A stretch of 64,000 nucleotides of DNA from Bacteriovoracia bacterium (GTDB taxonomy: Bacteria > Bdellovibrionota > UBA1018 > CAIPTA01). This document shows, one piece after another, positions 10,430-18,005 of the stretch. Every line of letters begins with the position of its first letter. Within the stretch, counting starts at the first letter, position 1. The translations under genes were made by a program, and so were the position numbers. The notes beneath the pieces were generated by a model, which saw nothing but the letters and a program-made list of their open reading frames with translations, was not told the DNA's origin and made no database searches. Location of the stretch: the NCBI GenBank assembly GCA_050246755.1, contig JBFWVL010000004.1:32001-96000 (forward strand). The letters are read 5' to 3'.

Positions 10430-11347
10430 ATGTGGAATTTTCAGGCACCAAAGGCGGATAGAATAGATCGGTTGCTCCGGGAGGCGAAGCTGCCGGGTTC
10501 GGAATGGCTGAGCCGCAGCGCTTTCGACGCTTTAATCGAAGCGGGCTGGGTTTCCGTGCAAGGCAAGCGTGTAAAAAAGTCGGGAGAAATGGTGGCGCCT
10601 GGCCAAGAGATCGCCGTGCAATTGCCTCAATTGGGTTTGTTGAGATCAGAGCACCCGGCCGAATTGTTGTGGATGGATCCTTCGCGAAAGCTGGCCTTAT
10701 TCAATAAGGTGGCCGGGATTGCTTCTTATCCTCTTCTGCCGTGGGAGAATGATACTTTTGCGAATCGCGTGGCCACAATCCTCGCCGAATCCGGTACGCC
10801 GGCAGAAGATTTTGCCGCCCTCGCGGAAGCGCCGAAACTCGAAGGCGGGCTGCTCCAGCGCCTCGATCGCGATACCAGCGGAATTCTCGCGGTGGCACTC
10901 GCTAAAGAAGTGAAGGCTGCGTTGCGAGAGGCCTTCGGCGCCGGAAAATTTCGTAAAACCTACTTGGCTGTGGTGGCGGGTGCGCCCGCTGAAGGGGAAT
11001 ATTCCTTCGAGTTGAGGGATTCGGGAAAAGTGGCGGCGAAGGAATCGAGCGCCGGCACCACGAAGCTTATGGTAAAGAAAAGGAAGAGTGGCGATGGATT
11101 CTCTCTCGTGGAGATATCTACGGCCCAGGGTTCCCGCCACGTGGTGCGGGCCTGTATGGCGGCACTGGGCAAGCCCCTGGTAGGAGATACCACCTACGGT
11201 GGAAGCGATAGGGCGCCTTTTCATCAGCTGCATGCGTTGAGCCTGGAGCTTCTGGAAGGCAGGCTTTTCCCCGGTTTTCCCAGTGGTTTGGAGGCGCCGA
11301 TTCCCCAAAGCTTTCTGGATTGTCTGACAAAGCTGGGGATAGACTAA
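10430..11347 (+). CDS. RluA/RluD-family RNA pseudouridine synthase with S4 domain
   Basis: N-terminal S4-like RIDRLL; catalytic motif LLQRLDRDTSGIL; KTYLAVV; PLVGDTTYG; LHA. Confidence 0.88.
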   Translation: MWNFQAPKADRIDRLLREAKLPGSEWLSRSAFDALIEAGWVSVQGKRVKKSGEMVAPGQEIAVQLPQLGLLRSEHPAELLWMDPSRKLALFNKVAGIASYPLLPWENDTFANRVATILAESGTPAEDFAALAEAPKLEGGLLQRLDRDTSGILAVALAKEVKAALREAFGAGKFRKTYLAVVAGAPAEGEYSFELRDSGKVAAKESSAGTTKLMVKKRKSGDGFSLVEISTAQGSRHVVRACMAALGKPLVGDTTYGGSDRAPFHQLHALSLELLEGRLFPGFPSGLEAPIPQSFLDCLTKLGID

Positions 11348-11351
11348 GCCA

Positions 11352-11843
11352 ATGAAGGCTGAAGGCTTACTTTCGAGCAAAGAACTCTACCGGGCCCTGG
11401 AAAATGCGGCCGTAGACCTCTATGGGTTCGGCGTGGTCTGCCAAGCGGGAGTTGCCTGGCTGGCGGAGCCGGACTTGCTCGATACTCTTCTGCTCGGTCT
11501 CGAAAATTTTTGGTTTACCGAAAACGAATCGGGCCTCCTTTCTCACCAAGAATTCCGGGAAGAGTTTTTTCGCTCGGTTTGGGAAAAGGGCAAGGGCCGC
11601 AAGACCGAGCCTCAGGGCGGAGCGGAAGTTCCGTTGGGCCACGAAGAGATGGCTTTTTATCAGCTCTCCCAGCTGGCGCGGGCGGCAACCTATTTGCGTA
11701 CCCGGAAAGGAATGCCTTATTCGAGCATCGCTTTGATTTTGGGCTACAGCGAAGACCAGGTAAAAAAAGAGATCGAGAAGGCTCGGGAATATTTGTTGGG
11801 CCGGAGCCTGCGCGATTTTAACTGGTCGGAGGAAGACTTTTGA
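11352..11843 (+). CDS. Degenerate ECF-sigma-like protein (region 4 HTH retained)
   Basis: C-terminal LSQLARAATYLRTRKGMPYSSIALILGYSEDQVKKEIEKAREYL matches the sigma70 region 4.2 pattern; region 2 is poorly recognisable. Confidence 0.6.
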   Translation: MKAEGLLSSKELYRALENAAVDLYGFGVVCQAGVAWLAEPDLLDTLLLGLENFWFTENESGLLSHQEFREEFFRSVWEKGKGRKTEPQGGAEVPLGHEEMAFYQLSQLARAATYLRTRKGMPYSSIALILGYSEDQVKKEIEKAREYLLGRSLRDFNWSEEDF

Positions 11844-12199
11844 AGTTACCCGACCGCCAAGAATTTTTAGATTATGCCGAAGGAGCGGCGGGCCAAGATG
11901 CCGAAGTTCAGCGGCAGATTCTCAAGCTGCTGGCTTCCAGCCCGGTAATTCGCGAGCAGCTGGCCGAGCTCAAGCGGGACCTTTACCTGGCTTCCGTGCA
12001 GGTGCCGGACTATATCCCTTCCGCCGAGTTCGGTGCGGAAATTGCGCGGCTCACCCAATCTTGGGCGCAGCTCGCCTATACCCGAAAATTCTCGCTGAAG
12101 AATTTTCACCGGAGCCGTGAGTTTTTCAATCTGCTTTTATTCCTCGCCGCCGCCGCTCTGCTTGTGCTCGCCGGAATCGGGATCAAGATTTTAACCTGA
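11840..12199 (+). CDS. Anti-sigma-like membrane protein
   Basis: Overlaps the sigma-like gene by 4 bp; N-terminal EFLDYAEG helix pattern of anti-sigma domains; single C-terminal TM helix. Confidence 0.55.
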   Translation: MKLPDRQEFLDYAEGAAGQDAEVQRQILKLLASSPVIREQLAELKRDLYLASVQVPDYIPSAEFGAEIARLTQSWAQLAYTRKFSLKNFHRSREFFNLLLFLAAAALLVLAGIGIKILT

Positions 12200-12239
12200 G
12201 GCGAAGCTTTGCTTTTAGTTTCTATCGCGCCGGAATTTT

Positions 12240-12389
12240 AAGAAAAATTTATTTAGAAGGGGGGCAAAAGGTCGCTTTTCCCGAAGCAAGAATCTTTCGA
12301 TGGAGGGGAATATTCCTTTAGGTGGCAAGGAATTAAAAGACGCCCCAGGAAAAACGACCTTTTGCTTAGCTAAATTCTTTTTAGCTATG
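12240..12389 (-). ncRNA. Candidate sigma54-dependent structured small RNA
   Basis: 18-bp inverted repeat 12264-12281/12348-12365 whose only mismatch becomes a G-U pair on the minus strand; 8-bp hairpin 12367-12387; no ATG seen; lies downstream of a near-consensus sigma54 promoter. Confidence 0.55.
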
Positions 12390-12399
12390 AACCCTATAG

Positions 12400-12415
12400 A
12401 GCAACAGCCATGCCA
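12400..12415 (-). promoter_or_regulatory. sigma54 -24/-12 promoter
   Basis: Minus strand TGGCATGGCTGTTGCT versus consensus TGGCACG-N4-TTGCW. Confidence 0.7.
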
Positions 12416-12461
12416 GGTTTTTGTTTAGCGCTTGTTAAAGTAAAAATTTGGCAAGCGGGGC

Positions 12462-12474
12462 TAAGTGCTTGAAA
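12462..12474 (-). promoter_or_regulatory. Putative IHF site upstream of the sigma54 promoter
   Basis: Minus strand TTTCAAGCACTTA, one mismatch to WATCAA-N4-TTR, in AT-rich DNA. Confidence 0.4.
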
Positions 12475-12595
12475 TAAAAAGAGCGGAAAAAATAAAAAAT
12501 CACGCCGCATCAAGCTATTTTGCGGGCTTCGGTTCCAATCTGGGTGGGGACAAAGAAGGGGCGCTCAGGCATGGTTTCAGATTGGAACCAATCTT

Positions 12596-13396
12596 TTAGC
12601 CGTAGAGGAATTCATTCGTGAGTTTCACGAATAGGGCAGGGTCTTCCACGTTGGTGCTATGGCCGCGTCCCGGGATCTCATAAAAGCGGCCATTCGGCAG
12701 GAGATTAGCCAATTCCTGGGATAGATTTTTGGGCAAAACGGAGTCGAACTCACCGTGTAGGACCAGTACGGGTTGCTTCACTTTGGGGAGCTCGTTGGTT
12801 ACGTCGGTTACGTTCAGGGCTTTCGGAACCCCGTGCCAGACTAAGGGATGCACGCCGAATGCATCCGAAACGAGCTGTTCTTTCAGCTCCTCACTTACCT
12901 GGGCCTGGTAGATCGTACCCATCATCACGAGTTCGCAGAACGCGCGGTCTTGGCTCATTTGGGTGAAGGCCGCGAACATTTCCGGCGGGAACTGGATTCC
13001 TTTGTGGGACACGGGATCCAGCAATACGGCTCTTTCGTAGAGTCCTGGGTTCTGGCTCATCGCCACGAGGCCGATCAGGCCACCGGTGGAATGGCCCACT
13101 AAACGAGCTTTTTGTATTTTTAGCGAATGGAGCAGGGCATTCGCGTCGGTGGAGAGCACTTCAGGGGCGAGGTCCTTTTCTAAACCAGGCCCTGAGCTTT
13201 TCCCGCAACCCCGCCATTCGGCCAGGATAATTCGGCCTTTCAGGTTAGGCTTCGCGTTCGCGCGCCATACTTCTACGGCGGGTTGCCACCAGGCGTTCGA
13301 GGCAAGGTTTCCGTGCAAAAAAAGCGTGTCGGAGGGAACGAGACCCTCAAGAATTTCGTAGTGGAGCTGAATGCCGTCGCGTTCGAGAAAGGGCAT
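12596..13396 (-). CDS. Alpha/beta-hydrolase (esterase/depolymerase-like)
   Basis: HGNLASNAWW oxyanion region, GHSTGG nucleophile, LHGEFD, GHS catalytic His. Confidence 0.85.
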   Translation of the reverse strand: MPFLERDGIQLHYEILEGLVPSDTLFLHGNLASNAWWQPAVEVWRANAKPNLKGRIILAEWRGCGKSSGPGLEKDLAPEVLSTDANALLHSLKIQKARLVGHSTGGLIGLVAMSQNPGLYERAVLLDPVSHKGIQFPPEMFAAFTQMSQDRAFCELVMMGTIYQAQVSEELKEQLVSDAFGVHPLVWHGVPKALNVTDVTNELPKVKQPVLVLHGEFDSVLPKNLSQELANLLPNGRFYEIPGRGHSTNVEDPALFVKLTNEFLYG

Positions 13397-14376
13397 TAGG
13401 GCTTTCGCAGGGTGATTTCCGCGTCTTCCGACTTGGCTAAATTATCCCAGGTAGAGCCAGTGAAGATCCGGCCTGCGGAAATTTTAGGATTGTTGGCGAT
13501 GATCTCGGCCACCCAGGCGGCGGAGTATTCCGGAATGGCTTCCGGGATCTTATGCTCGGTGAAGGAAATATTGATCCGGCTGGCACGCGTAGAATTGGGA
13601 ACCGCGCTCCAGAATGCCTCGAGGGCTTCCTTATCCAGGTACTGGTCTTGATTGGCCACCATTAAATGAACGGAATTAGTGGGCAAAAGATGGGCAACCT
13701 TTGTGGCCGAGAACTTACGGATTCCTTGAACCATGCGGAATACGGCCTCGAGTTTAAAAGGATTTTCCAGAACCACGGGCTCAGCGGAAGGGTAGGTGGA
13801 GTAGATGAGATTACGCAAAAAGAAATCGTAGAGTTCGTCGTCGGTGGCGGGATTCCAGGGATTCATCATGCGCGTGGCTTTCACTTGCGAATGAATCCAG
13901 CGGTCCTGCGAAGCCACCGCTTCCGTATAGGGAGCCATCAAAATTAGCTTTTCTACTTCGTGGGGATAGCGCGCGGCGAACGCCACGGCCACGCCGCTGC
14001 CGTAGGAGAGTCCTACTAAGTTCGCGCGGTTAAGCCCAAAATGCTGAAGCAATAAATGCAGTTCTTCCACTTGATCGTCGAGAGAGATCGTATAGGAAAC
14101 GGGGAGCTTCGCGGTGAAAAGCGTTTGCCCCATGCCTTTCATGTCGTAGCGGAGGATTCCGGTACCGGGAGAGAGCTTCGCGAGCGGCTCGGCAAATTTC
14201 CGCCAAGTTCCGGTGGTATAGGTCAGGCCATTCAGCAGCACTACCGTGGGTTGGCCGGGGTTAGGCTTAAGGTAGTCCACGTACACTTGGTTTCCGTCCG
14301 GCAAAGCCACGAGTGACTCCACGCGGTTTCCGGCGAAGGCAGTTAATGAGCCCACGAGCAGCAGTAATAATCCCAT
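13396..14376 (-). CDS. Secreted alpha/beta-hydrolase
   Basis: Signal peptide, LLNGLTY, RYDMKGMG, GLSYGS nucleophile elbow, EHKIPE. Confidence 0.8.
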   Translation of the reverse strand: MGLLLLLVGSLTAFAGNRVESLVALPDGNQVYVDYLKPNPGQPTVVLLNGLTYTTGTWRKFAEPLAKLSPGTGILRYDMKGMGQTLFTAKLPVSYTISLDDQVEELHLLLQHFGLNRANLVGLSYGSGVAVAFAARYPHEVEKLILMAPYTEAVASQDRWIHSQVKATRMMNPWNPATDDELYDFFLRNLIYSTYPSAEPVVLENPFKLEAVFRMVQGIRKFSATKVAHLLPTNSVHLMVANQDQYLDKEALEAFWSAVPNSTRASRINISFTEHKIPEAIPEYSAAWVAEIIANNPKISAGRIFTGSTWDNLAKSEDAEITLRKP

Positions 14377-14418
14377 GATGAATGTCCCCCTCAGAACAGT
14401 CGAAAGAACAGAAAACGA

Positions 14419-15165
14419 TTAGAGCGTGAGCGCGCCGTCTACGCTGAGCACGGTACCAGAAATATAACCGGCTTCGTCGCTCGCCAAAAAGAGGCAAGCG
14501 CGCGCGATGTCGGCGGTGGTTCCGAGCTTTTGCAATGGCACTTTCGCGGCCATTTGCTGCAATACTTCGGGGGGCATCGACTCCGTCATCTTCGTTTGGA
14601 TGAATCCGGGGGCTACCGCGTTCACGGTGAAGCCGGAGCGGGCGAATTCACGGGCCCACGTTTTCGTCATGCCGATCACGCCGGCTTTTGCGGCCGCGTA
14701 ATTGGTTTGTCCAAAATTTCCGTAAAGAGCCACGACGCTCGAAATATTGATGATGCGCTTCGGAGCAGTACCCGCCGTAAATTTTTCGAACACGCTTTTG
14801 GTCACGTGGAAAAGACCGCTCAAGTTGGTGGCGATCACGGCGTCCCATTCTTCGGCACCCATTTTTTTGAAGCTCTTATCGCGGGTAATGCCCGCGTTGT
14901 TCACTAGGATATCGAGGGTGAAGGGCAGGGCATTGGCGGCTTCCAAGCAAGAAGCGGCTTTACTCACGTCTACCTTCGCCACGGTAAGTTGATCTTTATA
15001 AGCAGAAAGTTCCAGTTGCGCGCTGGCGAGCGCCGCTTCGGAATAATCCCAGATCGCCACTTTAGCGCCCGCCCGGAGAAAGCTTTTTGCGATCTCGAAG
15101 CCGATGCCTTGGGCGCCGCCGGTTACAACTGCCGATTTGCCTTTGAATTGGTATTGAATATTCAC
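14419..15165 (-). CDS. fabG: SDR ketoreductase (FabG/PhaB-like 3-oxoacyl or acetoacetyl-CoA reductase)
   Basis: TGGAQGIG, NNAGITRD, YAAAK, NAVAPGFI; likely GTG start at 15165. Confidence 0.85.
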   Translation of the reverse strand: MNIQYQFKGKSAVVTGGAQGIGFEIAKSFLRAGAKVAIWDYSEAALASAQLELSAYKDQLTVAKVDVSKAASCLEAANALPFTLDILVNNAGITRDKSFKKMGAEEWDAVIATNLSGLFHVTKSVFEKFTAGTAPKRIINISSVVALYGNFGQTNYAAAKAGVIGMTKTWAREFARSGFTVNAVAPGFIQTKMTESMPPEVLQQMAAKVPLQKLGTTADIARACLFLASDEAGYISGTVLSVDGALTL

Positions 15166-15223
15166 GCTTGGGTGATATACCCGTGGCGTTTGCATAGTGT
15201 CAAGACACTGTTAGGGGGATTTC

Positions 15224-16228
15224 ATGAGACGTGCTTTTATTGCTGGTACTGGTCTTTATCACCCGGAGAAATTGGTTCCCAATTCCTTCTTCAACGAGAA
15301 ATACAAGATAGATATCGATAGCTTCCTGCGCGCCAAGCGCAATATTCACCAACGCTATTTTATGGACGAGAAGCAGAGCACGAGCGATCTAATCGTCCCT
15401 GCCGTAGAACGCGCCCTCGAATCCGCCAAGTTAGCCAAAGAAGACGTAGACCTTTTGATCGTGGCTACTGACACGCCGGATTATATTTCTCCCTCCACCG
15501 CCTCCGTGGTGCAGCACAAGATGGGCCTCAAGAATGCTGGCACCTTCGATATAAATTCCGCCTGCGCGGGCTTCGTAACGGCCCTAGACATGGCCGCCAA
15601 GTATATAGCCGCTGATTCGCAGTACCGGAATATCGTAGTGGTTGGGGCTTACGGAATGACGAAGCATCTCAACTGGGACGATCATAAAATCGCCTCGCTC
15701 TTCGCCGATGGCGCGGGCGCCGTGGTGGTGCGCGCCGGTGCCGAGAATGTCGGTCCCGGAATCCTCGCCTCGAAACTTTTCACCGTGGGGGAATTCCACG
15801 ACTATATGGGCATCTACGGCGGCGGTACTTTCATGCCCAGCACGCCGGAAGTGCTGGAGAAAAAGGGGCACCAGCTTAGCTTCGCGAAGAAGATCCCGCT
15901 TGAAACTAATTCTACGCATTGGCCCCGCCTCGTGCGTCTGATGCTCGATCGGACCAATAAAAAAATCGAAGACGTGAAGCTCTTTTTTCTCACGCAAATC
16001 AATATCGGCACCATCGAGGAAACCATGAATATCCTCGAGCAGCCCCAAGAGAAGAGCTACAATATCATGGACCGTTACGGTTATACCGGCTCGGCGTGCA
16101 TTCCCATGGCGATCGCCGATGCGGCCAATCATCACAAATTGAAAAAAGGCGACCTCCTCATGCTCGTGGGTTCCGGCGGCGGAGTGGCCATGGGCGCAGT
16201 GGCGCTAGAGTGGGCCTATGACACCTAA
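15224..16228 (+). CDS. Ketoacyl-synthase III (FabH-like) family protein with atypical active site
   Basis: DINSACAGF (catalytic Cys) and LFADGAGA are present; LTQIN and YGYTGSAC replace the canonical PHQAN and GNT. Confidence 0.85.
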   Translation: MRRAFIAGTGLYHPEKLVPNSFFNEKYKIDIDSFLRAKRNIHQRYFMDEKQSTSDLIVPAVERALESAKLAKEDVDLLIVATDTPDYISPSTASVVQHKMGLKNAGTFDINSACAGFVTALDMAAKYIAADSQYRNIVVVGAYGMTKHLNWDDHKIASLFADGAGAVVVRAGAENVGPGILASKLFTVGEFHDYMGIYGGGTFMPSTPEVLEKKGHQLSFAKKIPLETNSTHWPRLVRLMLDRTNKKIEDVKLFFLTQINIGTIEETMNILEQPQEKSYNIMDRYGYTGSACIPMAIADAANHHKLKKGDLLMLVGSGGGVAMGAVALEWAYDT

Positions 16229-17879
16229 GAGTTTTTTTGAGAAGTTGGTGGCGGGCGCGGAAAATTCCGTGAAGGCTAAAGCTATGGCCGCCGCGGGGGC
16301 CGTGGGCGATGATTTCGGTATCGCCGCGCTTTCGCGCTTTAGAAGCGAAAGTTATAATAAGCCGGTCGCAAGGGACTCCGAATCCGTCGAGCTCGACTGG
16401 CTGAAGCGCTGGGCGATGTATTCTCCGCGCGCGCTGGCCCTCCGCTGCGCCGATTCGAACCGCACTTTCTCCTACCGCGAGCTCTACGAGCGCTCCAATC
16501 ATTTAGCCCAGCAGCTGCGCACATGCTTCCAGCTACAAAAAGGCGAGCGCGTGGCCGTGCTCGCGCAGAACGAACCAGAAACTATTTTCTTATTTTTTGC
16601 TCTTCAGCGGATCGGTGCCATTCTCGTGCCGATCAATTTCCGTTTAGCTCCCCGCGAGATCGATCACGTGCTCTCGGATTCCGGCGCCAAGCTTTTGATC
16701 TGGCAAAATACCTTCGCTTCCACCATGGCCGAGCTCGAGCAGAAGCCCGATGCTTTGCTGGCTTTCGAAGGCAAGGGCGGGCTCACCGACTGGATTTTCG
16801 GTTCCGAGCCGCACGAGTTCATGCCCATGGAATCGGACCTCGATGCACCGGTGATGATTCTCTATACTTCCGGAACCACCGGAAAGCCCAAGGGTGCTTT
16901 GATCTCCAACAAAATGCTCTTCTGGAATTCGGTGAATACCGGCCTGCGTCTGAACATCACCTCGAGCGATACCACGCTCATTTTCCATCCCTTCTTTCAC
17001 ACCTCGGGCTGGAACGTGCTCACTACTCCTTTTCTGCATCATGGCGCTTCGATCGTGCTCCTGAAAAAATTCGATCCGGAGCGCGTGCTCGCCGTAGCGG
17101 AAGAGCATGGCATCACCGTTCTCTTCGGTGTACCCACCATGATGGACATGATGGCTCGCGCGGAAACCTTTGCGAAAGTGGCCCTCAAAAAAGTCCGCTA
17201 CGCCATCGTGGGCGGGGAGCCCATGCCGGTTCCCCTGATCCGTACCTGGGCTGAAAAGGGTATACCCGTGCGCCAGGGCTATGGCCTCACGGAGTTTGGC
17301 CCGAACGTGTTTTCATTGAATGAAGAAGATAGTATCCGCAAGATCGGCTCGATCGGTTTTCCCAATTTTTATGTCGACGTAAAAATTCTGGCTGCAAGCG
17401 GCGAAGAACTCGAAGAGCCCGGTCAGGTGGGCGAGCTTTGCCTGCGCGGTCCGAGTTGCACGCCCGGCTACTGGAGAAATGCCAAGGCCACGCAAGAAAC
17501 GATTTCCGAAGGCTGGCTGCATACCGGCGATCTCGTCCGTAAAGACGAAGAGGGGTACTTCTACGTGGTGGGCCGCAAGAAAGAGATGTTCATCTCCGGG
17601 GCCGAGAATATTTATCCCGCCGAGCTTGAAAGCTTTATTCGCACTCATCCTCAAGTGCGCGAAGTGGCCGTGGTGGGCGTGCGAGACGATCGCTGGGGCG
17701 AAGTGGGGAAATGCTTTTATTCCACCGAAAATGGCGCGCCGATCGATGAATCCGAGCTCCGTGCATTCTGCCAGCAGGGCCTGGCTCGCTATAAAGTACC
17801 GAAGTTTTTCGTGCACATGAATGAGCTGCCCAAGGGCACGAGCGGGAAAATTCACCGTCTTTCGCTCACGGCGCAGTAA
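16218..17879 (+). CDS. Acyl-CoA synthetase / AMP-binding ligase
   Basis: YTSGTTGKPKG, QGYGLTE, WLHTGD, GRKKEMFISGAENIYP, LPKGTSGK; true start uncertain. Confidence 0.9.
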   Translation: MTPKSFFEKLVAGAENSVKAKAMAAAGAVGDDFGIAALSRFRSESYNKPVARDSESVELDWLKRWAMYSPRALALRCADSNRTFSYRELYERSNHLAQQLRTCFQLQKGERVAVLAQNEPETIFLFFALQRIGAILVPINFRLAPREIDHVLSDSGAKLLIWQNTFASTMAELEQKPDALLAFEGKGGLTDWIFGSEPHEFMPMESDLDAPVMILYTSGTTGKPKGALISNKMLFWNSVNTGLRLNITSSDTTLIFHPFFHTSGWNVLTTPFLHHGASIVLLKKFDPERVLAVAEEHGITVLFGVPTMMDMMARAETFAKVALKKVRYAIVGGEPMPVPLIRTWAEKGIPVRQGYGLTEFGPNVFSLNEEDSIRKIGSIGFPNFYVDVKILAASGEELEEPGQVGELCLRGPSCTPGYWRNAKATQETISEGWLHTGDLVRKDEEGYFYVVGRKKEMFISGAENIYPAELESFIRTHPQVREVAVVGVRDDRWGEVGKCFYSTENGAPIDESELRAFCQQGLARYKVPKFFVHMNELPKGTSGKIHRLSLTAQ

Positions 17880-18005
17880 GCTACTGAAATTGCTTACCTA
17901 AATTTGAAATCACTGTGTGCCCCAAAGTGATTCAACTAAGCTCGTTCTAGTTGCCAAGCCCCCAGAATCTTTAAAGAATTTGCCCTAATCCACCGATACG
18001 GCTTA

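Noticed and set aside
12596-17879. Canonical oleABCD olefin cluster
   Set aside because: The family mix is similar, but the reductase is a classical FabG/PhaB-type SDR and the KAS III active-site motifs do not look like OleA; kept only as an analogy.
17971-18000. FliA (sigma28)-like promoter TAAAG...CCGATA before the secreted protein; a similar one near 28825-28851
   Set aside because: Spacing or the -10 element deviates from consensus; not supportable from a single sequence.
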